A stretch of DNA of 64,000 bases from Lysobacterales bacterium. GTDB lineage: Bacteria; Pseudomonadota; Gammaproteobacteria; Xanthomonadales; SZUA-5. Shown piece by piece: positions 47,018-56,999 of the stretch. The notes under the pieces are model-generated. The model had not been told where the DNA came from. It did no database searches and worked only from the letters and a program-made list of their open reading frames with translations. Location of the stretch: positions 1 through 64,000 of the forward strand of contig JALHMH010000023.1 in the NCBI GenBank assembly GCA_022844165.1, in the 5' to 3' direction. How positions within the stretch are numbered: position 1 is the first letter of the stretch; each line of letters starts with the position of its first letter. The translations under genes were made by a program, and so were the position numbers.

Positions 47018-48202
47018 ATGAACAAACTACCCCTTTGCCTGATCGCCATCGCCGCGGCGCCTGGCGCTTTTGGCCAGTCTGCTTTCAACTTGCGCGACGC
47101 TCTGCGGGGCCCGGCGCCGTCAGCTGCGGCTGTCGAATCGCGTTACATCGATGTCAATTCCTCCGCGCTCCGCGCCGAAGCGAGTTCGCTACGATTGCCG
47201 CTCTTGGATCGCGAGGTGTTGGCCGACCGAACCTCTGCCATGGTTCGCGCAGACGGGCGTCTGAGTTGGCAAGGCGTGGTGGATGGCGATCCCGGGCAGC
47301 AGGTGTCGTTGACCTTCGACGGTGAACATCTGGCCGGGTATGTCAGTGTTGCCGATGGCATTTACGAAATCACGCCTTCGCCCGTGGGCAACGTGCTGAT
47401 GCGCATCGACACCGAGCGCTATCCGCCCTGTGCCGGCGCCGTGCCGGCAGTTGCGATGCCAGATTTCCGCGATAAGGCGCTACGCGGTCCCAAGGGCAAC
47501 GCGAGCGAAATGGATGTGTTGATCGTGTTTTCGCCGGGCACCGTTGCACAGCTGGGCAGTCAGGCAGCCGCACAGACTTTCGCGCAGCAAGCCGTTGATT
47601 CGGCGAATTTGTCGTATACCAACAGCCAGATGAGTGCGCGGATGCGGCTCGTCGGTGTGCGATTCACGACGCGCGTCGATTCTGGTTCCTCGTCGACGGA
47701 CTTGTCCTGGATCCGCAACGATCCTGAAGTGGCGGGCTGGCGCAATGAAGTCGGCGCCGACATGGTCGGCATGATCGCCGAATTCAGCAACGCCTGCGGA
47801 CAAGGGTATCTGATGAGCAATCCGGGCGCCGGATTTGCGCCGAGCGCATATCAGGTCACGGCGCGCAACTGCGCGATCGGTAACCTCACGTATGCGCACG
47901 AGCACGGCCATAACATGGGCATGATGCATAACCCGGAGGCGGGCGGCAGTGGCGCTTATCCGTATGCCTTTGGTCACTACATCAACGGTAACTATCGCAC
48001 GGTGATGAGCTACTCGACATCGTGTCCCGGCGGCTGCACGCGGCGGCCGTATTTTTCCAACCCCAACGTGAGTTTCAGCGGGCAACCCACCGGCATTGCC
48101 GACCAGCGCGACAATGCACGCACTGGCAATCAAACGGCCCCGATCGTTGCGCTATTCCGAGGTCCATTGCCTGACGCCATGTTTGCGTCCGGTTTCGAGT
48201 AG
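47018..48202 (+). CDS. Secreted reprolysin-like (M12B metzincin) metalloprotease
   Basis: Signal peptide; HEHGHNMGMMH; Met-turn YRTVMSY; FSNP; C-terminal DAMFASGFE. Confidence 0.85.
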   Translation: MNKLPLCLIAIAAAPGAFGQSAFNLRDALRGPAPSAAAVESRYIDVNSSALRAEASSLRLPLLDREVLADRTSAMVRADGRLSWQGVVDGDPGQQVSLTFDGEHLAGYVSVADGIYEITPSPVGNVLMRIDTERYPPCAGAVPAVAMPDFRDKALRGPKGNASEMDVLIVFSPGTVAQLGSQAAAQTFAQQAVDSANLSYTNSQMSARMRLVGVRFTTRVDSGSSSTDLSWIRNDPEVAGWRNEVGADMVGMIAEFSNACGQGYLMSNPGAGFAPSAYQVTARNCAIGNLTYAHEHGHNMGMMHNPEAGGSGAYPYAFGHYINGNYRTVMSYSTSCPGGCTRRPYFSNPNVSFSGQPTGIADQRDNARTGNQTAPIVALFRGPLPDAMFASGFE

Positions 48203-48314
48203 TCGTTGCGGGAGACGGGAGACGTTGTGCCCGTGAGCCAACGGCAACGCGCTACCAAGCCACCCGCTTTTGGCGAGGCCTGTGCCCCGCAATGGCTGTT
48301 GCCGATAGCGCCGG

Positions 48315-48423
48315 CTGGAGTCCTTGATGAAGCTGGATCTTGTCATTTGAGTCGCGGGTTGTGGCAAGTTCGGTGTCTGGCGAAGCCAGCAATGCTCGGC
48401 GGTCTGAGGCGAAGCCTCGTTAG
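48315..48423 (+). repeat. Repeat family 1, copy E (internally deleted)
   Basis: Left end CTGGAGTCCTTGATGAAGCTGGATCTTGTCATTTGAGTC joined directly to GCGGGTTGTGGCAAG...GAAGCCTCGTTAG; near-identical to copy D. Confidence 0.9.
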
Positions 48424-49745
48424 GAATCGATCAATGCCACACGAGCTGCTTCGATCGCCGCCCGGTTCGGCGCGGCGTCGATCAGAGCTTGTAACTCCGG
48501 CGCCATCTCGCCCTTGAGAAACCCGGCTATCGCCGCACCAGCATCGCGCGCCTCCGCATAAGCCGGTCCTACAAGCAACACTTCGCCATCGGCGTCTTGC
48601 AGTTTGAAGAAGAACTGCGCGCCCTCCTTGTACTGCACGATGCGCGGACCTTTGGCTTTTTTGTCCGACCTCTTGCCGCTGTTGTGCGTTGCCGTCAGAG
48701 GCCGCAAACCGACGGCATCGCGCATTCTCTTGAGCAGCTCTTGCGCACGAGGACGCAAGCTCATCGCTCCGCGCTGCAAGATCGCCTCGATCGCTTCTGG
48801 CGCTGCCATCAGCGCATCGAAGCGTGCGCGCGCTGGAGCGATTTCCTGATCGATACGCTCGAAGACACGCTGTTTGGCTTCGCCCCAGGCGATGCCCGCG
48901 GCGTATGCGGCGCGCATCGCCGCTGTTTCATCGGCACTCGCGAAGGCCTGGTAGAGCGCGAACAGCGAGGAGCTTTCCGGATCCTTGGCTTCGCCCGGCA
49001 GCTGGCTGTTGGTGACGATCGCGAAGATGGCTTCTCTGAGCGCCTTTGGACTGGCGAACAACGGGATGACGTTATCGTAGCTCTTGCTCATCTTGCGCCC
49101 ATCGGTACCGGGCAAAGTCGCCGTGGTTTCGTCGATTTGCGCTTCTGGCAAAGTCAAGATCTCGCCGTAACGATGGTTGAAACGCTGGGCGAGGTCGCGC
49201 GCGATTTCGATGTGCTGAATTTGATCTTTGCCGACCGGCACACGATGTGCGTTGAACAACAATATGTCGGCGGCCATCAGCACCGGATACAGGTACAAAC
49301 CCATTTCGATTCCGGCATCTTCGTCGTCGCCGCGTTCGCAGTTCTGATCGACCGCCGCCTTGTACGCATGCGCCCGATTGAGCAGACCCTTAGGCGCCAC
49401 GCATGCCAGCAGCCACGTCAACTCGGTGACTTCGGGAATGTCGGACTGTCGATAAAAGTGTGCGACGTCAGGATCCAGACCCAGCGCCAGCCAACTGGCG
49501 GCCACTTCCAGCGTAGAGCGATGCACGCGGGTCGGATCGGCGCTGCCGGCCAGGGCATGATAGTCAGCGAGAAAGTAGAACGATTCGACGTTCGGCAGCC
49601 GGCTGCTCAGAATCGCTGGACGAATCGCACCAACATAGTTGCCCAGATGCGGCGTGCCCGTGGGCTTGATGCCGGTGAGAACGCGGTCGATTGACGATGA
49701 GCGAAGCTCACGATGCGCAACGATCTGAGGCGAAGGCTCGCTCAT
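48420..49745 (-). CDS. trpS: Tryptophan--tRNA ligase
   Basis: RVLTGIKPTGTPHLGNY, YPVLMAADIL, VPVGKDQ, KMSKS; C-terminal extension. Confidence 0.96.
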   Translation of the reverse strand: MSEPSPQIVAHRELRSSSIDRVLTGIKPTGTPHLGNYVGAIRPAILSSRLPNVESFYFLADYHALAGSADPTRVHRSTLEVAASWLALGLDPDVAHFYRQSDIPEVTELTWLLACVAPKGLLNRAHAYKAAVDQNCERGDDEDAGIEMGLYLYPVLMAADILLFNAHRVPVGKDQIQHIEIARDLAQRFNHRYGEILTLPEAQIDETTATLPGTDGRKMSKSYDNVIPLFASPKALREAIFAIVTNSQLPGEAKDPESSSLFALYQAFASADETAAMRAAYAAGIAWGEAKQRVFERIDQEIAPARARFDALMAAPEAIEAILQRGAMSLRPRAQELLKRMRDAVGLRPLTATHNSGKRSDKKAKGPRIVQYKEGAQFFFKLQDADGEVLLVGPAYAEARDAGAAIAGFLKGEMAPELQALIDAAPNRAAIEAARVALIDS

Positions 49746-49807
49746 GATGATTCGATCCTGATGGCCGAAGCTGCCGAGGGCCTTTCCAGCATGAGAGCAG
49801 GGAAGAC

Positions 49808-49883
<76 letters not shown>

Positions 49884-49974
49884 AAAGGAACCCCCGAAGA
49901 GGGTCGCGAAGTTTAGGCAACTGCGCTGCGCGGGGCAAGCTGCGCGCTTGAGCATTCACTCGTTCGCTTCAGCT

Positions 49975-51231
49975 TCAGTTGCGTACGTGATAGTCGCCTT
50001 CCACCACCCATTGGTAGCTCGTGAGCTCGCGAAGGCCCATCGGCCCGCGTGCGTGAAGTCGCTGTGTGCTGACGGCGACTTCGGCACCGAGCCCCATCTC
50101 GCCGCCGTCGGTGAACCGCGTGCTCGCGTTCCAATACACGGCAGCGGAGTCGACCTGCGACAAGAAATACGCCGCAAGTTCGCGATCGGCCGTCAAAATG
50201 CCGTCGGAATGACCCGTGGAGTGTGTGTCGATAAAGCTCACCGCGGCCTGCGGGGAATCGACGACGGCAATACCGAGCGTTAACGACAGCCACTCGGTAT
50301 CGAAGTCCTCCGGCCCGGCAGCGGTCACACCCGTAGCGCCCGCAACCAACGGCCACGCGCGCGGATCGCATCGGAACTGGACACTGTCCTCCGCCAATCG
50401 CGCCACAATGGCCGGGACCCATTTTGCAGCCGCTTCGCGTTGCACGAGGACCGTATCGAGTGCGTTGCACACCGTCGGGCGTTGCACTTTAGCGTTCTGG
50501 ATCACCCGCAAACCGGCGTCCAGATCCGCATCTGCCGCCACATACAAATGACAAATACCGATGCCACCGGTAATCACCGGAATGCGGCTTTCACGCCGAC
50601 AGAACGTATGCAGCCCAGCGCCGCCGCGCGGAATGATGAGGTCGATACAATCGTCGCAGCGCAATAGGGCGAGCGTGTCGTCGCGGTCGGTCGAGTCGAT
50701 CAGTCCGATCGCATCGATCGGTAGCGCCACGGCGCTTAACGCTGCGCGAATGGCGGCTGCGAACGCACGATTGCTGTGTTGCGCCTCTTTGCCGCCGCGA
50801 AGCACGGCGGCATTGCCGGACTTGATCGCCAGCGCCGCGATGTCGATCGCCACGTTCGGCCGCGATTCGAAAATGACGCCGAGCACACCCAGTGGCACGC
50901 GCCGTTTGTGCAGGCGCAATCCATCGTTGCGCTCAAACGCATCGAAGCGTTCGCCCAGCGGGTCGTCCAAGGCTGCAATGTGCAACACATCGCGCGCGAT
51001 GCCAGCCAGGCGCGCGAGGTTGAGGCTTAGCCGATCGATCATGGCGGCCGCCAGTCCTGCCGTTTGTGCGGCCTCGATATCGAGCGCATTTGCCGCGAGT
51101 ATTGCCGGCTGTTGCGCGTCGATCTTTGCGGCGAGCGCGCGCAAGAATCGATCGCGCTGCTCGCTGCTGGTGAGCTTGAGGCGTTTTGCCGCGTCCCGCG
51201 CAGCGGCGGCGATAGTGCGTACGTCGCTCAT
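49975..51231 (-). CDS. proA: Gamma-glutamyl phosphate reductase
   Basis: VPLGVLGVIFESRPNV, LRGGKEA, PRGG, VCNALD, NASTRFTDG, LHARGPMGL. Confidence 0.96.
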   Translation of the reverse strand: MSDVRTIAAAARDAAKRLKLTSSEQRDRFLRALAAKIDAQQPAILAANALDIEAAQTAGLAAAMIDRLSLNLARLAGIARDVLHIAALDDPLGERFDAFERNDGLRLHKRRVPLGVLGVIFESRPNVAIDIAALAIKSGNAAVLRGGKEAQHSNRAFAAAIRAALSAVALPIDAIGLIDSTDRDDTLALLRCDDCIDLIIPRGGAGLHTFCRRESRIPVITGGIGICHLYVAADADLDAGLRVIQNAKVQRPTVCNALDTVLVQREAAAKWVPAIVARLAEDSVQFRCDPRAWPLVAGATGVTAAGPEDFDTEWLSLTLGIAVVDSPQAAVSFIDTHSTGHSDGILTADRELAAYFLSQVDSAAVYWNASTRFTDGGEMGLGAEVAVSTQRLHARGPMGLRELTSYQWVVEGDYHVRN

Positions 51232-52319
51232 AACAACACCAGATCGTCGCGGTGAATGAACTCGGCGCCAAAATCGTAACCGAGCGTGGATTCGATGTCC
51301 GCAGAGCGGCGTCCGGCGATTCGCTGCAAATCCTGCGCGTCGTAGTTGGCCAGCCCGCGCGCAATCGTACGCCCATCGAGCGCAAGCACGTTCACTGTGT
51401 CGCCCCGATCGAACTCGCCATTCACTGTTTTCACGCCGACGGTCAGCAGACTCTTCCCGGCCGCGAGCGCCGCTTCCGCGCCGCCATCGATCACCGCGCC
51501 AACGCCGGTACGCAAACCTCCGAGGATGTAACGTTTGCGGGCATCGCGCGGCGGCGACAAGGCGACGAAACGTGTCGCACGTCCTTCGCCAGCGATCAAT
51601 CGTGGAATCAATGCCGGATCGGCGCCATTGGCGATCACTACCTCAGTGCCTGCCCGCCGCGCGATGTCGGCGGCCCGCAGTTTAGTCAGCATACCGCCCG
51701 TTCCAAGCGCGCCGCTCTTGCCGCCAGCGCTTTTCCAGACAGCGTCCGGGATCTCGCCGCTGTCGATGCGCGGCAGTAGCAGCGCATCGCCGTGTGCGCG
51801 AGGATCCTTGTCGAACAATCCATCCTGGTCGGTCATCAACAGCAGCAGCTGCGCATCAACCAGGCCTGCCACCAATGCCGACAACTGATCGTTGTCGCCG
51901 ACACGGATTTCTTCGGTCGCGACCGTGTCGTTTTCATTGACGATCGGCAGCACACGATGCTGAAACAGGGCGTCGAAGGTATGCCGCGCGTTCAAATAGC
52001 TGCGCCGCCGTTCGAGGTCCGTGCGTGTCAACAGCACCTGGGCGACGCGCTGCGTATAGTGACCAAAGAGCTCCGCGTACAGCGCCATCAACTGCGGCTG
52101 GCCGATGGCCGCGAGCATTTGTTTGGCCGCCACCGTGTGCCGCTCGGCATCGCCGAGCATGCGCCGCCCTGCGGCCACCGCACCGGAGCTGACCAAGACG
52201 ACGTCATGCCCGGCACCGATCAATGCCGACAAAGTCCGCGCGTACTCAATCAGCCGCGGCGCATGCAGTGCGCCGCCTTGTGTCACCGTGGACGAGCCGA
52301 GTTTGATGACAATGCGCAT
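51228..52319 (-). CDS. proB: Glutamate 5-kinase with PUA domain
   Basis: IVIKLGSS, VSSGAVAAG, NENDTV, GDNDQL, GTGGMLTKL, IHRDDLV. Confidence 0.96.
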   Translation of the reverse strand: MRIVIKLGSSTVTQGGALHAPRLIEYARTLSALIGAGHDVVLVSSGAVAAGRRMLGDAERHTVAAKQMLAAIGQPQLMALYAELFGHYTQRVAQVLLTRTDLERRRSYLNARHTFDALFQHRVLPIVNENDTVATEEIRVGDNDQLSALVAGLVDAQLLLLMTDQDGLFDKDPRAHGDALLLPRIDSGEIPDAVWKSAGGKSGALGTGGMLTKLRAADIARRAGTEVVIANGADPALIPRLIAGEGRATRFVALSPPRDARKRYILGGLRTGVGAVIDGGAEAALAAGKSLLTVGVKTVNGEFDRGDTVNVLALDGRTIARGLANYDAQDLQRIAGRRSADIESTLGYDFGAEFIHRDDLVLL

Positions 52320-52456
52320 AACACTGAATTCGACGAAGACGCGTTAAAACTAGGCTAAGCGGTTAGAGGACGCAAAGCGCGTGCCCGCATATCGCCTCCG
52401 CCACGGCCGAAATCAACCGCGGGCGAACCCAAGAATGTCCCAGACCCTGCGCTCTA

Positions 52457-52641
52457 CTAGAGTCCTTGACTGAGCGGGATCTTGCCATTTGAGTGGACTT
52501 TTCTTCGAAGCGGCTTTGGCTGTTGAAGCCCCCTTGAGTGCAAGGGGGCGATTGAGCGCGTAGCGCTCAATGGGGGTTTTGGCAAGTACGGTGTCTGGCG
52601 AAGCCAACAATGCTCGGCGGTCTGAGGCGAAGCCTCGCTGG
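52457..52641 (+). repeat. Repeat family 1, copy F (variant internal module)
   Basis: CTAGAGTCCTTGACTGAGCGGGATC...ATTGAGCGC-GTA-GCGCTCAAT...GAGGCGAAGCCTCGCTGG. Confidence 0.9.
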
Positions 52642-52726
52642 TCATTGGCCGCGCACCTGAGCGATGTCCTCAGGTCACATCGAATGGAACGTGGCTATCA
52701 ATGATCCCGCCTTAGAAGGACTCTTC

Positions 52727-53656
52727 ATGCGCGTTGCGACAATACTCTGGCGTTCGCTGCTCATACTGATTGCGGTCTATGTGATCGTGTATCTGGTCAA
52801 TTTGCCCTTCGCGAGTGCGACGCCCTCGCCGCATTTCGATGTTATTGCCCATCGCGGTGTGCACCACACCTTCTCGACCGAGAACCTCAGCAACCAAACT
52901 TGCACGGCAAAGCGCATCTTTCCGCCAACGCACGACTACATCGAAAACACCTTGCCATCGATGCGCGCTGCGTTCGACGCCGGCGCCACGCGAATCGAGA
53001 TCGACGTGCATCGTACCGCCGACGACGATCTGGTCGTGTTTCACGACTGGACGCTCGACTGCCGCACCGAAGGCCAGGGCGAAACACGGCGACAAACGCT
53101 GGCGGCGCTCCAGTCACTGGATGTGGGTTTCGGCTACTCGGCCGATGGCGGCCAGAGCTTTCCGCTTCGTGGCAAAGGTGTGGGCGCGATGCCGAGCCTG
53201 CGTCAGGTGCTCGCTGCGTTTCCTGACGGCCATTTCGTGATTGACCAAAAAGACCGCGACGCCGCAACGACTGCGCTGATCACAGCGCAATTGAGCGAAC
53301 AAGCCGCTGCAGAGCGCGTGTGCCTGCACGCCAGGCCGGAGCGAATTTCGCAGTACCTCGGCGCTCAGCCCACGGGCTGCACGTTCGCGAGCAGGCTTGC
53401 GATCAAGACCTGTTTGTTGGAGTACCTCGAAGTGGGCTGGATGGGCAATGTGCCTATCAGCTGCCGCAATCAGCGACTTGTCGTACCGGCCGGAGGGTTG
53501 TCGCGACTGTTATGGGGTTGGCCCTGCACTTTTGTATCGCGTTTGCAGGCGCACGGTACCCGTGTCCATGTTTTTGTACCCGATGCACGCACCGCCGCAC
53601 ACTGGCGAGACCTGGGTTTCGATGGCATCTGGACAGATCGAGTCGAACTTCGATGA
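52727..53656 (+). CDS. Glycerophosphodiester phosphodiesterase family protein
   Basis: IAHRG, ENT, IEIDV, VVFHD, DGIWTD; N-terminal TM. Confidence 0.88.
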   Translation: MRVATILWRSLLILIAVYVIVYLVNLPFASATPSPHFDVIAHRGVHHTFSTENLSNQTCTAKRIFPPTHDYIENTLPSMRAAFDAGATRIEIDVHRTADDDLVVFHDWTLDCRTEGQGETRRQTLAALQSLDVGFGYSADGGQSFPLRGKGVGAMPSLRQVLAAFPDGHFVIDQKDRDAATTALITAQLSEQAAAERVCLHARPERISQYLGAQPTGCTFASRLAIKTCLLEYLEVGWMGNVPISCRNQRLVVPAGGLSRLLWGWPCTFVSRLQAHGTRVHVFVPDARTAAHWRDLGFDGIWTDRVELR

Positions 53657-53680
53657 CGGCCAAACCAGGTTTGTGCGAGA

Positions 53681-56392
53681 TCAGAGACGACCGGCGCGGA
53701 TGCTGCGCAGCGCGTGCCGCTGCGGCGGATTGAGCTCTGCCCGGTCGGCGTCAGCCAACACGCGGAGCGCGTCCTGAACCAACGCGTCGGCTTCGGGCGA
53801 CCGGCCAATGCGCCGATAACACAGCGCAAGGTAATAGGCTGCCATCGATTGCGCCAGGAGACTGGAGTCCTCGCCAGAACCCGCTTCTCGTTCGGCTTCA
53901 AGAAGTGGGATGGCGCTTTCGCAGCGACCTGCGTTGGCGAGGGCACGCGCCAGCAACGGCACTGAACGCCGCGCCTCCGGATGTTCCTGCCCCAAGATCC
54001 GCTGCCGCCCGCTCAAGGTCAGCTCAGCAAGACGCAGCGCCTCGTCTGCATTGCCCAGGATCAACTCGTAGTCGGCCAGATTCTGCATCGCCGTATAGGT
54101 ATCGGGGTGCTCCTCGCCGAACACGCGCAGCCGTCGCTGGAGGCTGTCGCGCGTGAGCTTCGCTGCTTCGTCGATATTGTCGATCTGCGCATAAAATGCA
54201 CCGAGATTGAGCGATGAACGCAGGCTTGCGGGATGGTCGGGCCCCAGCGATCTGGCGCGCAGGTCGAGCACCTTGCGACCAATCTCGATGGCCTCTGGAT
54301 AACGGCGCATGAAGCTCAACGTGACGGCCACGGCGTTGAGTGCATTCAGGGTGGCTGGATGCTCGTTGCCTTGCAGCCGCTGGCGTTGCGCCACCACCTC
54401 CCAGTGCAATCGCAGCGCCGATTCGAGTTCGCCACGCCGGGCGTGATTGATCGCCAATTGTTCGAGCGTGCCAACGCGCAGCAAATCGTCCTCGCCGCGC
54501 GCCCGGCCGATGCGTTCGATGAGTTCTTCCCACAAAGGCAAAGCCGCTTCGTAGTCATCCAGGCGCGAATACAACAAAGCCAGCACTTGTTTTGCGATCA
54601 AGGATTCTTCGGCATCCGGACCGAACTGCCGGTCGAACCGCGGCAGCAGATCGCGTACCGCCGCGAGGCTGTCGTTCAGTTTGCCACGCTCCAGACCATC
54701 GAGCTCCGCTCGCAGAAGTTGGGCTCGAAGCGCAGTGCCTTCATCGCCGGCAGCTGAGGCTGCCGCATGCAGCGCATCGATCTCGATCGCCAGGCCATCG
54801 GATTGGCCCATCTGCTTGCGCAGGCTGAGCCCCAGGAAAGTGAGGCGGAATGCCATCCCCGACTCCCCGCCGATCGCCTGCCAACGGCGCCTGGCGTCGG
54901 TCACGATGGCCAACGCACGATCGTTGCGGCCCAGGGCGATATAGGATTCGGCAATGCTGCGCATCAGCTCCACTGCCACGCGCGGTTGATCGCGCAGGTC
55001 GCGGTCGATCGTCGTCAAGGCCCGGTCGAGCAGTTCCCGATCCAGCAACTGGCGTGCGGCTTCTGTGGGGTTGGCCAGCACTAACTGGCGCTCGAAGTTC
55101 TCGCGGCCGACGGCATCGACGCTGGCGTATTGCTCGGCGAGCGTGTGTTGCAATGTTTGCCCCAGCGTTGCAGGATCGGCGCTGGCCAACATGCGCTGCT
55201 GAAATGTCGCTACGCGCTCGATTTCCGTTTGTCGTGCGGCCGCGATATCGCGCTCACGCCGGGCTTCCAACAGCCCGTAAGTGGTAGCGGTCAGCCCCAG
55301 AATCAACGAGAGCAACAGCGCAACGGCAAAGGCGACCGGGAGGGGATTGCGTTGCACATAGAGCGAGACCCGGCGCCATCGCGACGCGTGATTGGCGCGT
55401 ACCGGCCGGTATTCCAGGTATGCACGCAGGTCGGCAATCAGCTCGCCCGCCGATTCGTAGCGTTCGCTGCGTTTGACCGCCATCGCGCGGGCAACAATGG
55501 CTTCCAGATCGCCGGCTGCAAGACGTGCCTCGGCGCGCAGTCCGCGCGCGCGCAGTCGCTCGCTGAGGCGTTGAGGTGCGAGATTCAAGAAATCGCGCCT
55601 TAGCGCGTCTGTATTGTTGGCGCTGAATTCGGAATCGCCGAAGGGCTGGGCGCCGCAGATCAGCTCGTACAGCATGACCCCCAGCGCATACACATCGCTA
55701 CGTGCATCGACGTCCGTGCCGCCGTCGTCGAATCGAATGCCGAGTTGTTCCGGGCTCATGTACCCGCGCGTGCCGGCCATCGCACTCGAGTGACGCGAAC
55801 CCGGAACTCGGGTCGCAGAGGTCGCCAGGCCAAAGTCGATGATCTTCGGCTGCGGCGTACCGTCGACTTCGGCGACCAGCACATTGCCAGGCTTCAAATC
55901 CAGGTGCAGGATGCCGCGTCGGTGCGCGTGTTGCACGCCAAGGCAGACACGCACGTACAGTTCGACGCGGCCACGAAGATTCAGCCGGAGCCGCTCGCAA
56001 CAGCGGTCGATCGGTTCGCCCGGCACATACTCCATGGCCAGATACGGGAATCCATCGGTGCTGGTCCCCGCCTCGTACACCTGTGCGATGGCCGGGTGGC
56101 TCATGCGTGCCAGCGCCTGGCGTTCGATTTCGAAACGCGCCAATGCGTTGACGTCAGTGATCCGGCGTTGCATGAACTTGAGCGCAACCTGGCGTTGCAC
56201 TGGATACAGTTGCTCGGCGAGGAACACCTGCCCCATGCCGCCTTTGCCCAGAAGTCGCACCAGTTCAAAGGCGCCCAGTCGCTGACCCGGATACAACTCG
56301 ATCGATTCGCCCGCTGTCGCGCCCAACGTCAGTCGCACCTGGTGCAAACCAGGCGGTGTCGGATGCGTATCGTCAGAAGTCGAGCTGTTCAT
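53681..56392 (-). CDS. Hanks-type Ser/Thr protein kinase with TM and TPR repeats
   Basis: LGKGGMGQV, VALK, HLDLKPGN, IIDFG, YMSPEQ, SDVYALG; repeated GxEHP TPR-like units. Confidence 0.92.
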   Translation of the reverse strand: MNSSTSDDTHPTPPGLHQVRLTLGATAGESIELYPGQRLGAFELVRLLGKGGMGQVFLAEQLYPVQRQVALKFMQRRITDVNALARFEIERQALARMSHPAIAQVYEAGTSTDGFPYLAMEYVPGEPIDRCCERLRLNLRGRVELYVRVCLGVQHAHRRGILHLDLKPGNVLVAEVDGTPQPKIIDFGLATSATRVPGSRHSSAMAGTRGYMSPEQLGIRFDDGGTDVDARSDVYALGVMLYELICGAQPFGDSEFSANNTDALRRDFLNLAPQRLSERLRARGLRAEARLAAGDLEAIVARAMAVKRSERYESAGELIADLRAYLEYRPVRANHASRWRRVSLYVQRNPLPVAFAVALLLSLILGLTATTYGLLEARRERDIAAARQTEIERVATFQQRMLASADPATLGQTLQHTLAEQYASVDAVGRENFERQLVLANPTEAARQLLDRELLDRALTTIDRDLRDQPRVAVELMRSIAESYIALGRNDRALAIVTDARRRWQAIGGESGMAFRLTFLGLSLRKQMGQSDGLAIEIDALHAAASAAGDEGTALRAQLLRAELDGLERGKLNDSLAAVRDLLPRFDRQFGPDAEESLIAKQVLALLYSRLDDYEAALPLWEELIERIGRARGEDDLLRVGTLEQLAINHARRGELESALRLHWEVVAQRQRLQGNEHPATLNALNAVAVTLSFMRRYPEAIEIGRKVLDLRARSLGPDHPASLRSSLNLGAFYAQIDNIDEAAKLTRDSLQRRLRVFGEEHPDTYTAMQNLADYELILGNADEALRLAELTLSGRQRILGQEHPEARRSVPLLARALANAGRCESAIPLLEAEREAGSGEDSSLLAQSMAAYYLALCYRRIGRSPEADALVQDALRVLADADRAELNPPQRHALRSIRAGRL

Positions 56393-56484
56393 CCCTCAAA
56401 AGCGGCGTGTGATCGAGACGTCGACAATCGCGAAACATTCCGCATCATAGACGCTGCTTGTGGGGTGCGCCGAGTTGGCTTGAA

Positions 56485-56504
56485 CTGAGGCGAAGCCTCG
56501 CTAG
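56485..56504 (+). repeat. Family 1 right-end remnant overlapping the BLUF stop codon
   Basis: CTGAGGCGAAGCCTCGCTAG, exact match to the family right end. Confidence 0.8.
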
Positions 56505-56923
56505 GTCTTGCCGATAATCGATGCTGTTGCGATCAACTCCTCCAGGAGTGCCATCGACACTCGCCCGGACACGGCATAGGGATCGAGTAACGCACGCTCG
56601 CCGTACTTGAGCAAAACCGATGCGTTGATTTTGGCCAGATTGACCAGCCCCATGGTCCATCCGGCAAAGCGGCGCTCAGTGACTTCTTCATAGTGCAATA
56701 AGGTCACCTGAACGTGTCTTGGATCCGCTGCGATTCGGTTGTACAACACATTGACCTGCTCGCGGCCGCCCTCGAGTACTTGCATGTACACCTCGCCGCC
56801 GTGGCACAAGATGCCGGTAATGCCGCGCGCTGGATTGTGCTTGCGCGAGGCTTCGAGTATCGATTCGATCGATGTTGAGTTGGCGCCGGCGGCGCGGCTG
56901 GCATAGAGCAGGCGTACGAGCAT
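56501..56923 (-). CDS. Stand-alone BLUF-domain photoreceptor
   Basis: LLYASRA, N...GITGIL, YMQVLEG, DPRH, RRFAGWTMG (conserved Tyr, Gln, Trp, Met). Confidence 0.92.
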   Translation of the reverse strand: MLVRLLYASRAAGANSTSIESILEASRKHNPARGITGILCHGGEVYMQVLEGGREQVNVLYNRIAADPRHVQVTLLHYEEVTERRFAGWTMGLVNLAKINASVLLKYGERALLDPYAVSGRVSMALLEELIATASIIGKT

Positions 56924-56925
56924 GA

Positions 56926-56964
56926 CTAACGTCCTTGACTAAGCGTGATTCGGACAAACGACTC
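56926..56964 (+). repeat. Family 1 left-end remnant directly upstream of BLUF
   Basis: CTAACGTCCTTGACTAAGCGTGATTC versus CTAGAGTCCTTGACTGAGCGGGATCT (copy F). Confidence 0.65.
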
Positions 56965-56999
56965 AGAGTCTCTTTGTTACTGGGGCCAAACGCCTCGCC

